Below, one piece after another: positions 26,943 to 34,825 of a stretch of 64,000 nucleotides of DNA. The stretch is from a virus. Lineage: Duplodnaviria > Heunggongvirae > Uroviricota > Caudoviricetes > Demerecviridae. Positions within the stretch are counted from its first letter, which is position 1. Each line of letters starts with the position of its first letter. A model generated the notes under the pieces. That model did no database searches, was not told where the DNA came from, and saw nothing but the letters and a program-made list of their open reading frames with translations. Where the stretch lies: IMG/VR virus record IMGVR_UViG_2757320985_000001. One strand, 5' to 3'. Both the position numbers and the translations under genes were made by a program.

Positions 26943-27114
26943 TATCTAGAGAAATACCACATTTAGGATTAATACCAGAACCATTACAATGTGTACAAAC
27001 GTATGTATTATACCATGTATCCCCGGGTTCAGCATCGTTCCATTCACCTGCTCCAAAGCATTTTGGACAGGCACACTCTTCTAGTTCCTGCTTCATTTCA
27101 TAGAATCTAGACAT
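26929..27114 (-). CDS. Zn-ribbon small protein, 61 aa
   Basis: CPKC ... CTHC motifs. Confidence 0.45.
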   Translation of the reverse strand: MSRFYEMKQELEECACPKCFGAGEWNDAEPGDTWYNTYVCTHCNGSGINPKCGISLDIERG

Positions 27115-27131
27115 ATAGTATCCTAGTTAAT

Positions 27132-27209
27132 TGGTGGCTCCCGGAGGATTCGAACCTACCTACCTTTCGCTTATGAGGCGACGGCTCATACCAAATGAGC
27201 TTGAGAACC
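27132..27209 (-). tRNA. tRNA anticodon CAU (third CAU tRNA; Met or Ile2)
   Basis: Acceptor GGTTCTC/GGGAGCC, T-arm GTAGG-TTCGAAT-CCTCC, loop CTCATAA. Confidence 0.5.
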
Positions 27210-27214
27210 AAATT

Positions 27215-27308
27215 TGGAGGAAGATGCCAGATTCGAACTGGCACACCGTGTCTCCACAGCTACTGGCTGTTTAGCAAACAGCTCCCTTACCTTTAGGGTT
27301 AATCTTCC
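27215..27308 (-). tRNA. tRNA-Ser (GCU), class II
   Basis: 94 nt. Perfect acceptor GGAAGAT/ATCTTCC, T-arm GCCAG-TTCGAAT-CTGGC, anticodon stem GCTGT/ACAGC with loop TTGCTAA. Long variable arm. Confidence 0.65.
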
Positions 27309-27359
27309 GAATTTATGAATATATTATACAGAAAATTTCGGCATTAAGCAAGTGAAATT

Positions 27360-27674
27360 TTACTGAACATTGCACTGATATACTTGTTTGATACGTGTCA
27401 CTGACTTCTTAGTTGGGTTGATAGAAGAACCCTGCCACCAACGTGATTCTGAGCTGAGAACAGCCCCAGGAACAGCTTGTTCTTTTGGCAGAACAATATC
27501 AAAACACTGTTCACCCATATTATCTTTAATGTGCGACCAAATGTCTAGAGTAAATCGTTCTAGCTTATTACAAACTTGAACTTGACAAAGTTCCTGTTGT
27601 GGAGCAGCAAATACAGAAGTAGATACTAGAGTCAATGCAAGTACAATGCGTTTCATGTTTGATTCCTCTCTCAA
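27360..27674 (-). CDS. secreted hypothetical protein, 104 aa
   Basis: Signal peptide (LALTLVSTSVFAAP) and 4 Cys. Promoter cassette lies upstream at about 27660-27725. Confidence 0.5.
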   Translation of the reverse strand: MREESNMKRIVLALTLVSTSVFAAPQQELCQVQVCNKLERFTLDIWSHIKDNMGEQCFDIVLPKEQAVPGAVLSSESRWWQGSSINPTKKSVTRIKQVYQCNVQ

Positions 27675-27725
27675 ATTTATAAATATATTATACAGAAATT
27701 TTCTATATAAAGCAAGTGAAAATTT
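27666..27725 (-). promoter_or_regulatory. early promoter cassette
   Basis: TTGCTT at 27710-27715 (RC), TGTATAAT at 27687-27694 (RC), GAGAGG leader. Confidence 0.6.
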
Positions 27726-27762
27726 CTGTATAATAGCCCTCGCTTAGAGGGCTATAACTACT

Positions 27763-28455
27763 TTATTTGTTAACTCTTACAAAGTAGCCTTTATAGGCTC
27801 CCATAATAGAGTTACCTAAGAACACCAGCCACATTGCTAGGATTGCATAGGAAGCACCCGTAGATTGGGCAGTTACAAGCCAAATGTACACAGTGCCAAT
27901 GTTAATAGCAATCCAGATCAGCCACTGTTCAGCGTACTGCTTAACCATAAGCCACATAGCAATCACACTACCGACCGCAGTAAATGCATCCAACATTGGG
28001 AATGGATCAGCTGTGGTAGCAAGGAAGCTGCCGTAACCTAAAGTAGCTACTGCTAGAACCCCTAGAGTCAGCAAAGCTTGAGCTTTGGTCAGAATCTTAG
28101 TTGGAACATCTGGCAGATTACTTGGCTTATTTTTATGCCATAAGTACATTCCATAAAACTGCATAGGAACGTAGTATAGTAGGTTTAGTGCAGCGTTACC
28201 ATAAAGATCTGCGTTTAAAGCTGTAATACCATATGTAAGAACACCCACTAAGCCCCAAATATAGTTGGAAACACGTCCTTTTGCAACCAGAATAACACAA
28301 ACCACATTGGTTATTGCAGTAGCCCAATCTAGAGCTGTACCATTATAGTTTGCTAAACTAATAAAGGCGACTGCTATAAACAGCCACAGATATTCCAAAG
28401 GTTTCCAGTTTTTAAAGTCATTTACAAGATAGTTAGTCATATTAAAACTCTCCAA
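27763..28455 (-). CDS. pnuC: nicotinamide riboside transporter PnuC
   Basis: 230-aa polytopic membrane protein with PnuC-like helices. Lies immediately downstream of the NadR-like gene and overlaps its end. Confidence 0.65.
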   Translation of the reverse strand: MESFNMTNYLVNDFKNWKPLEYLWLFIAVAFISLANYNGTALDWATAITNVVCVILVAKGRVSNYIWGLVGVLTYGITALNADLYGNAALNLLYYVPMQFYGMYLWHKNKPSNLPDVPTKILTKAQALLTLGVLAVATLGYGSFLATTADPFPMLDAFTAVGSVIAMWLMVKQYAEQWLIWIAINIGTVYIWLVTAQSTGASYAILAMWLVFLGNSIMGAYKGYFVRVNK

Positions 28456-29548
28456 CGTTAAAGTGATGAATCAGCCAGTCTACTGCGTTTACTGCTTCGT
28501 CCATACGAACTTTGTAGTCCGGGGAGTCGATGTAAACAGTACGCCCTTCAGGGAACTGATTTGGAAATTCTTTCTTCATCTGCTCGAACAGTTCAGAAGT
28601 AATTGAACGATCGGAGTTAATACGTAAACCATCATCTACCCACTTAACAGTAGGCGCTAGAACAATTACTAAATCGTAATGTTCTTCTTTTGCAATTGCT
28701 GTAACCACAGGATTCTTACGATGTTCATAAAGTCTGTGGTAGAACTCAGTAATAAAAGCATTTGTATCCACAAACATGATCTTATTTGCAGTACGTTCTG
28801 CTTCAAACTCTAGCTCTTTGTGTCTGAACGCAATTTTACTATAATCTTCACTGGTAAGCAGATTTTCGTTACCAACTAGATCAACTTCACAATACGTTCG
28901 GCCATATTCTTCTACCCACGAAGTGTTGTATAGCTTCGCAAGGTATTTTGTTAAAGTAGTCTTTCCCGAGCTTTCAGTCCCAATGATTACAACCTTACGC
29001 ACGTAATCTTTACGAACTACGCTAGGAAGAAACTCCCAATACTTCATAAGATCATTACGAATCATTGTAGCTGAGATTGGAACACGAGTACGATCAGAAT
29101 CTACAATATAATGACCAAACTTCGGCAGATATTTCTTATATTCTGCATCATAGTCTAGTTCGCTAGAGAAAATGGTGATCTCAGGCAAATGTCCGTAATT
29201 TTCATTAAGGATTCTAGCATATTCCGGCCAACCATTCGGATATTCAGGAATATCATCTTCAATAATGTACTCTACCGAAACGTGCTCAATATCCGCGTAA
29301 GTTTGTTCTAACCAACGAAGTCGATTCTTTAACTGTAATACTTCCTGATCACGTGTGTTCTGCTTATCCAGCCAACGATTATCATGACTAACTACAACAA
29401 TAACTCGTTCACACATAGTTGCTGCTGTGTTTATTAGGTTAATATGACCACGCGTTAATGGTGCGAACTTACCAATTACTAGACCAGTCTTAATCATATT
29501 TGATTCCTCTCTCAAATTTATAAATATATTATACAGAGAATTTAGCAT
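28442..29548 (-). CDS. nadR: bifunctional NMN adenylyltransferase / ribosylnicotinamide kinase (NadR-like, no HTH)
   Basis: N-terminal nucleotidyltransferase with GKFAPLTRGH (HxGH-type motif). C-terminal P-loop kinase (GTESSGKTTL). Confidence 0.7.
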   Translation of the reverse strand: MLNSLYNIFINLREESNMIKTGLVIGKFAPLTRGHINLINTAATMCERVIVVVSHDNRWLDKQNTRDQEVLQLKNRLRWLEQTYADIEHVSVEYIIEDDIPEYPNGWPEYARILNENYGHLPEITIFSSELDYDAEYKKYLPKFGHYIVDSDRTRVPISATMIRNDLMKYWEFLPSVVRKDYVRKVVIIGTESSGKTTLTKYLAKLYNTSWVEEYGRTYCEVDLVGNENLLTSEDYSKIAFRHKELEFEAERTANKIMFVDTNAFITEFYHRLYEHRKNPVVTAIAKEEHYDLVIVLAPTVKWVDDGLRINSDRSITSELFEQMKKEFPNQFPEGRTVYIDSPDYKVRMDEAVNAVDWLIHHFNVGEF

Positions 29549-29570
29549 TCAAGCAATCGAATTTTTAAAC

Positions 29571-29647
29571 TTTTTAGTGGAAAATCGCAGGGCACTTAAG
29601 GGTAGCAGGTGAGTGGTGAGGTCCAGAAATTGTTACCCCACTAAAAA
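29571..29647. repeat. Perfect 10-bp inverted repeat (TTTTTAGTGG / CCACTAAAAA) enclosing 57 nt
   Basis: Seen directly. Lies between the nadR start and the TTGACA promoter of the plus-strand island. Confidence 0.5.
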
Positions 29648-29672
29648 TCCGGGGGCAATTTTTAAAGACCCC

Positions 29673-29701
29673 TTGACATTTTCGCTGGGGTAGTGTAAAG
29701 T
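29673..29701 (+). promoter_or_regulatory. sigma70-consensus promoter: TTGACA, 17-bp spacer, TAAAGT
   Basis: TTGACAttttcgctggggtagtgTAAAGT. The -35 context TTGACATTTTCGC is shared with the promoter at 59241. Confidence 0.55.
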
Positions 29702-29762
29702 ATATGTTATGGATGAGTGATCAAAGAGACACACATTTTCTATATACTAGGAGGTGTCAAAA

Positions 29763-30749
29763 ATGACAGATGAAGTAACTAAGAAACCTGAGACCGTAAG
29801 TGAAGTCGCAGCAGAACTGAGACGTCATGAGGAATCAGACAAACATAAGTGGGAGAAGGTCAAAGCCTACGAAAAAGAACATCGTGAACACGATGAAGAT
29901 GATGAAGAAGATGACGATGATGAACATTGTCATAAACATGGAAAACATAAAATGCAAGAACCAGTAAACGTATTCACTAGTGGCTTCCCTGGCCTAATGG
30001 GTGGTTACCCAGCAGTTGCTAACGGTGCTTTCGGTGGTGAAGGTATGGGTCTATTCGGAGCTATCTTAATCGGTGCTCTATTAACAGGCGGATTCGGTGG
30101 TTTCGGTGGTTTTGGCCGCGGTGCTGGTGTTGCCGCTGAGGGAACTGCTGTGGACGCGATCCTTTCTAACCAGGATACTGCAAGTATTCTAGCTGCAATT
30201 AACACTGCTCGTACTGAAGCGAATCAAGGTACTGGTGCTGTTCTGAGCGCTGTTAATGGTGTAGGTGCTGCTCAAGCTTCTAGTACTCAACAGATTCTGA
30301 CTACTGTGTATGGTACTGGTGCTAACCTGTCCAACCAGATCTGTCAGGAGACTCGTAACGTTATTCAGGGTCAGTTTGATCTTTCTCGCCAGATGGATCA
30401 AGCTTTCGCTGCTAACCAGATCGCTCGTGCACAAGACAAGTTTGACTCTGCTCAGATTGCTTTCCAGCAGTCTCTTCAGACCAATAACCAGTTTGCCGCT
30501 GTTCAGGCTCAGATGTGCGCTAACCAGAACGCTATCGAACGTCAGCTTGCTGAGTGCTGCTGTGAACTTCAGACTGCGATCGCTGGTGTAACTACTGCGC
30601 GTATCCAGGACGAACTGAACGAATGCCGTCTGCGTGAAGCAATCGCTGCAGGTAGCGGTGCAAATGGTCAGGTAATCAACCAAATCGCTGTAAGCCTGGG
30701 TGCAATTACTCAGACTCTAGCAGCTCTACAGGCTAAAGTACCAGCCTAA
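29763..30749 (+). CDS. Gly/Ala/Gln-rich protein with an acidic/His N-terminus and a GFGG hydrophobic segment
   Basis: ATG at 29763 with an AGGAGG RBS (the ORF-track start at 29754 is GTG). Host-like codon usage. Function unknown. Confidence 0.6.
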   Translation: MTDEVTKKPETVSEVAAELRRHEESDKHKWEKVKAYEKEHREHDEDDEEDDDDEHCHKHGKHKMQEPVNVFTSGFPGLMGGYPAVANGAFGGEGMGLFGAILIGALLTGGFGGFGGFGRGAGVAAEGTAVDAILSNQDTASILAAINTARTEANQGTGAVLSAVNGVGAAQASSTQQILTTVYGTGANLSNQICQETRNVIQGQFDLSRQMDQAFAANQIARAQDKFDSAQIAFQQSLQTNNQFAAVQAQMCANQNAIERQLAECCCELQTAIAGVTTARIQDELNECRLREAIAAGSGANGQVINQIAVSLGAITQTLAALQAKVPA

Positions 30750-30771
30750 TCTTTAAGGGGAGGAGCCCATT

Positions 30772-31200
30772 ATGAGTAAATATGGTTTTGTGAACAACGG
30801 ATTTAATCAACCAATGGGCTCCCAGCAGCCCATTCCGGGTCTGGATAACCCCTACTTACAACAGTTGCAACAGCGTTTAGCAGAAGCGCAACAGATGCAG
30901 CAGCAACTTCAGCAAAACCCTGGAAGTGTGAGCCCTATGCAAATGATGCAGCAAATGAGTGGGCAGTCGCAAATGCCTCAACAAATGCCTCAACAAATGC
31001 AGCAACAGGTGCCACAGCAGCAAGTTCAGCAACAAACCCAACAACCGCAGGTATCTGCGGAAGGACAGGCAGTACTAGCCCTTTTCGAAGACTTCGCAAA
31101 GACAGAGGACGGGAAACAGCTTGTATCACTTATGGGTAAGTTTAATAGCTTCTGCCAAAGCCAAGTTGCAAAAGCTCAAAATGGTGGTAATAACTCCTAA
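30772..31200 (+). CDS. Q-rich (prion-like) low-complexity protein, 142 aa
   Basis: QQMPQQMPQQMQQQVPQQQVQQQTQQPQ tract. GGAGG RBS. Confidence 0.55.
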   Translation: MSKYGFVNNGFNQPMGSQQPIPGLDNPYLQQLQQRLAEAQQMQQQLQQNPGSVSPMQMMQQMSGQSQMPQQMPQQMQQQVPQQQVQQQTQQPQVSAEGQAVLALFEDFAKTEDGKQLVSLMGKFNSFCQSQVAKAQNGGNNS

Positions 31201-31209
31201 GGAGGAATT

Positions 31210-31404
31210 ATGTGTTGCAGAAAATCTGTTTCGTGCTGCCCAATGCCTGTAGCACGTTGTTGCTCTCCAGCAATGTTTACGCAAATACCGGTGTTCAATC
31301 CGTTTGCCTTTAAGCCTACTCTTATCCTGCCCCCTAGAGTAGATTTTCAGTCAAGATTGGTCTCCCGTATGGGTGGTTGCTGTACACCGAGAGTATGGTT
31401 CTAA
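31210..31404 (+). CDS. Cys-doublet small peptide, 64 aa
   Basis: Four CC doublets (MCC, SCC, RCC, GCC). AGGAGG RBS. Followed by a terminator. Confidence 0.5.
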   Translation: MCCRKSVSCCPMPVARCCSPAMFTQIPVFNPFAFKPTLILPPRVDFQSRLVSRMGGCCTPRVWF

Positions 31405-31407
31405 ACC

Positions 31408-31445
31408 AAAAACAAAAGCCCCTGCCGAAAGGTAAGGGGCTTTTT
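31408..31445 (+). terminator. rho-independent terminator (GCCCCTGCC-GAAAG-GTAAGGGGC then TTTTTC)
   Basis: Hairpin plus U-run seen directly after the 31404 stop. Confidence 0.65.
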
Positions 31446-31457
31446 CTTTTGCCTTAA

Positions 31458-31497
31458 ATACAGAAAAGCCCGCGCTCTCGGAGGAAACGCGGGCTTG
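31458..31497 (-). terminator. hairpin terminator (GCCCGCG ... CGCGGGC) after the minus-strand SPFH gene
   Basis: Inverted repeat seen directly. Convergent with the preceding terminator. Confidence 0.5.
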
Positions 31498-31519
31498 GTT
31501 CGAAGATTACGTGTAACTA

Positions 31520-32464
31520 TTACTTGTTACGCATATCCATGATCATTTGACCATCGTAGCCAGTACCGACAACAGTCTGCGGCACACCACCTTGGTATTT
31601 TTCAGCACGAAGCATTTCAACTTCCAGCTGCTTCCAACGAATCATTTCAGGAGTAATAGTACGTTGCAGAGCGGCGTTAGCTTCAGCTTCTTTCTTAGCT
31701 GCGTACAGTTTAGCATCTGCGTCACGTTCGTTAGCTACTGCCATGTTTTCACGAGCGGAACGATCTGCCTCAGCTTGCTTAACTTTCTGCTGTGCTTCTT
31801 GTTCAACACGAGCCAGTTCAGCTTTTGCAGCGTTAACTTGTTCTTCACGAACTTTGGTGTTCTGTACCTGTTCCATGATTACCGGTGGCAGAGTAATATC
31901 CTGAAGGAATACTTGCTTAACGGTGTAACCATAAGGACGCGCATACTCCTCTACTTCTTGCTGAATAGCAGTTTGCAGTTGAGCCTGAATCTTAGCGTCG
32001 AACAGATCTTGTGCTTTTGGTACAGACTTACCAAACTCACGAATCGTAGATAGCATCTTCTCTTCAACGTACTTGTTCAGAGCTTGATCCTGAGTACCTG
32101 CGTTAACACGGTTCATAGGAGCTTTAGCACCATCAAACTGCAACATAACGGTAATGTCAACTGTAGACTTAAACTTATCCTGGCTAGGAACCTGAAGTTT
32201 ATCCAGTTTCATAGAAATATCTTTCGTACTAAAAGTATCAAAAGAGGCGAATGGGTTGACAATATGGAACCCCGGCAATACAGGATTAGGACTAACTTTA
32301 CCCAGGAAAGTCTGAGTTTTAACCGTACCGTCCTGAACAACTGTATAGGAATTGAGAGCCAGAATAAGAGCGCCAAGACCAACTACAGCACCAACACCCC
32401 AACGTTTAATAGTACGAATTACTTTTTGATCGGAAGTCAGTTCTTTAGTGTTTTTAGTAAACAT
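31520..32464 (-). CDS. SPFH/band-7 (HflK/C-prohibitin-like) membrane protein
   Basis: N-terminal TM segment, SPFH core, and a long Ala/Glu/Gln-rich coiled-coil C-terminus. Confidence 0.6.
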   Translation of the reverse strand: MFTKNTKELTSDQKVIRTIKRWGVGAVVGLGALILALNSYTVVQDGTVKTQTFLGKVSPNPVLPGFHIVNPFASFDTFSTKDISMKLDKLQVPSQDKFKSTVDITVMLQFDGAKAPMNRVNAGTQDQALNKYVEEKMLSTIREFGKSVPKAQDLFDAKIQAQLQTAIQQEVEEYARPYGYTVKQVFLQDITLPPVIMEQVQNTKVREEQVNAAKAELARVEQEAQQKVKQAEADRSARENMAVANERDADAKLYAAKKEAEANAALQRTITPEMIRWKQLEVEMLRAEKYQGGVPQTVVGTGYDGQMIMDMRNK

Positions 32465-32475
32465 ATATTTCCTTA

Positions 32476-32676
32476 TTATTTAGAAGAGTTAGCTACTACA
32501 GTTACTTTAGTTGCAGAAATAAACAGGCTAGCATCCACAGCAAATTCAGGAGCTTTGATATCTCCGTTATGAAATATGACTATACCGGAGACTACTTCAA
32601 ATGCTAGCGCTGTAACATCGGTGGTATTTACTTGTGAATGTTCACCTACTACTTTTACTATATATCGTGTTTTCAC
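32476..32676 (-). CDS. NfeD-like small OB-fold protein (partner of the SPFH protein)
   Basis: 66-aa beta-rich protein encoded immediately upstream of the SPFH gene, as in bacterial nfeD-SPFH operons. Confidence 0.35.
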   Translation of the reverse strand: MKTRYIVKVVGEHSQVNTTDVTALAFEVVSGIVIFHNGDIKAPEFAVDASLFISATKVTVVANSSK

Positions 32677-32702
32677 TTTATTTTCCTAGCAGTTAATAAA
32701 AT

Positions 32703-32777
32703 TGGCCGAGGTGACAGGATTCGAACCTGCATAAAGGAATTTAGAAGACTCCTGCCTATCCCTTAGACTACACCCCG
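32703..32777 (-). tRNA. tRNA-Arg (UCU)
   Basis: Acceptor CGGGGTG/CACCTCG, T-arm GCAGG-TTCGAAT-CCTGT, anticodon stem GGAGT/ATTCC with loop CTTCTAA. Confidence 0.55.
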
Positions 32778-33299
32778 TTTAGGTATTTTTAAGAACTCTT
32801 ATAAAAGCTCTTAAAGATACCCGACGGTAGGTAGGATCAGCCCCCTCAGATTAAGCTCTGCAGCCCTTCCGTCAGACAATATCTTCCAGTTTAAGTCAGG
32901 GTGACTTTGTGGTTATGTTCTCCGTATGTGAAGAACTCGGTTAGGCTTAGGTCATGACTCCCAGCCTACTGCTGCCGCTCAACAGGAATTATCGCGAATT
33001 ACCTGTACTATTGGGCACCATTAGTGACATCTCTCATGTCAGCGTTTCCCACTCTCATATTCACGCGGTCTGTTAGAATCGCACCTCCGATTTTCGATGC
33101 GAAGCTGTATGCCTAGTCTCAGGTTAAACGGGGCACACACTAGGCAGTGATCCCGAGTTCCGAGTTTGGTTGAGGCCGTCAGGTTTCCTCGTGGTTTAGC
33201 TGTTTCGATTCTAACCTAATACTGATCAGGTGGCGTACCTCCTGAACCGTCATAGTATGTACTCCAGCAGCGAATGCTTATCCGGTATAAGCCCGAGTT

Positions 33300-33395
33300 A
33301 TCTGATTCTTTCCGACCGCAGGATTCGAACCTGCATCTTCCACCAGTTACGGTTTGATATTACCGTTTATACTAGGACGGCAGTGTTATCACATA
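33300..33395 (-). pseudogene. tRNA-like remnant (T-arm GCAGG-TTCGAAT-CCTGC, 8-nt anticodon-like loop)
   Basis: Lies in an 840-nt non-coding stretch. Acceptor stem does not pair. Confidence 0.3.
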
Positions 33396-33675
33396 AGTCA
33401 GTTCGACACCCCACTAACATAAACTAGAGAAGAGTTTACGAGATTTCGGGACAGCTCCCGAGTTTTCCGCAGATTTTCAGTTCCCTATCAATAGCAATAA
33501 GCGTTAGCTCGTAGCCTCTCTCTCAGAGTACTTACTAGTCTCCAACTCACCGACTCTATTCAGTGGAATAGCTATCCTAGTAGGAATCACTAAACTCACT
33601 CAGCGTAATCGGCTCGCTGTTCTCTAATTTATGAATCTATTATACAGAATTTTGAGGCGTTTAGCAAATCAATTT

Positions 33676-34119
33676 TTAATTAAATTCTCCAGCAACCTGA
33701 GCAGCAATGCCACCGTCGTAACGACCAGGAAACTCTTCCTTAATCGCTTTCATCAGCATACCTTTTGTAATCCCAGGGTTCAACTTAACTAATTCTGCAA
33801 AGTATTTGCGAATCTCAGAATCAGATAACTGAGGCGGCAGATACTGTTGTAGCCATTTGTTCAGTATATACTCATACTGAGCAGACTGCAAGCTATAATT
33901 ATCAAGGTCTTGACCGTGAAGTTTAGCTTTCGTCTGATTAATGCTTTTCAGTTGAGCTTTTAGATAAGATACAAACTGTTCAGAAGTAATGAAATCTTTA
34001 TCAACACGCTGAAGATCTCCGATTATGGTCTGGTAGCTTTTAGCTACTTCTTTATCAGAACCATTAAACTTAGACTCCTGCAAAGCCCTACGCAAAACAT
34101 CTAGAATATTCTCTTCCAT
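33676..34119 (-). CDS. GatB/YqeY-domain protein
   Basis: 147 aa with the YqeY-family architecture. Promoter cassette lies upstream at about 34290-34350. Confidence 0.55.
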   Translation of the reverse strand: MEENILDVLRRALQESKFNGSDKEVAKSYQTIIGDLQRVDKDFITSEQFVSYLKAQLKSINQTKAKLHGQDLDNYSLQSAQYEYILNKWLQQYLPPQLSDSEIRKYFAELVKLNPGITKGMLMKAIKEEFPGRYDGGIAAQVAGEFN

Positions 34120-34357
34120 TATTTAATTCCCAGTGCTTGGTTAAAAGATTGTTCTGTCATAACTGCCGAGACTTTAGCGAAATCAAACTTCTTAGGGTTT
34201 GTAGTAATTTCAGCAACGTTAGTAGTTTTAACTGTTTTCGTAGTACGGATACCACGAGTATTAACACCAATAATTACAACTGATTTCATATTTCGCTTCC
34301 TCTCATTAATTTATGAAAGTATTATACAGAAATTTAAGGCTTTAAGCAATCGAATTT

Positions 34358-34825
34358 TTAAGTTTTCTTAACCACAGGCTTGTAGAACGTATGGCCTTGA
34401 ATCTTCGTTGTTTTCTTAAACTTCTTTGTCCAGTACGGTTTATCTTTACCACTATGGAAGTATAACGCTCCATGTGTTGGATCTTGTGGTAAATCAACGT
34501 AGTATATCACTCTAGCTAAATTCTTAGCAATTTGCCAAGCCTCATCGGTTTTATCAACTTTTGGTCTCTTGGCCACCCAAGAGAACTGGTTAGACTGATA
34601 TACTACTTTACAGTAAGAATCAGGAAAAGTACCAGAGTTAACACGGTTTTTAGTAACCTGTGCAACTGCGATCATTCCTTTAGTGCCCTCACCTCGTGCT
34701 TCGAAGTAGATATTTTTTGCAATGCAATCAATCTGCTTTGAGTCGTAGGTCGCATGACTATTGAAGCTATAGGTTAGGGCAGCTATTAAAAGCAAAGCTG
34801 CCTTCATTTTATTTACTCCGGCCAA
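34358..34825 (-). CDS. secreted SleB/CwlJ-family cell-wall hydrolase
   Basis: Signal peptide, then the hydrolase_2 motif NIYFEARGE ... AVAQVTKNR. Confidence 0.65.
   Translation of the reverse strand: MAGVNKMKAALLLIAALTYSFNSHATYDSKQIDCIAKNIYFEARGEGTKGMIAVAQVTKNRVNSGTFPDSYCKVVYQSNQFSWVAKRPKVDKTDEAWQIAKNLARVIYYVDLPQDPTHGALYFHSGKDKPYWTKKFKKTTKIQGHTFYKPVVKKT

Noticed and set aside
30005-30683. Minus-strand ORFs (30005-30205, 30189-30683) and plus ORF 30310-30591 inside the Gly/Ala/Gln-rich gene
   Set aside because: They arise from the repetitive GC-rich codons of the sense gene. The sense gene has an AGGAGG RBS and a terminator.
31547-32572. Plus-strand ORFs inside the SPFH gene (31547-32053, 32084-32572)
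   Set aside because: They are antisense to a well-supported minus-strand gene, with Leu/Ser/Phe-rich junk composition.
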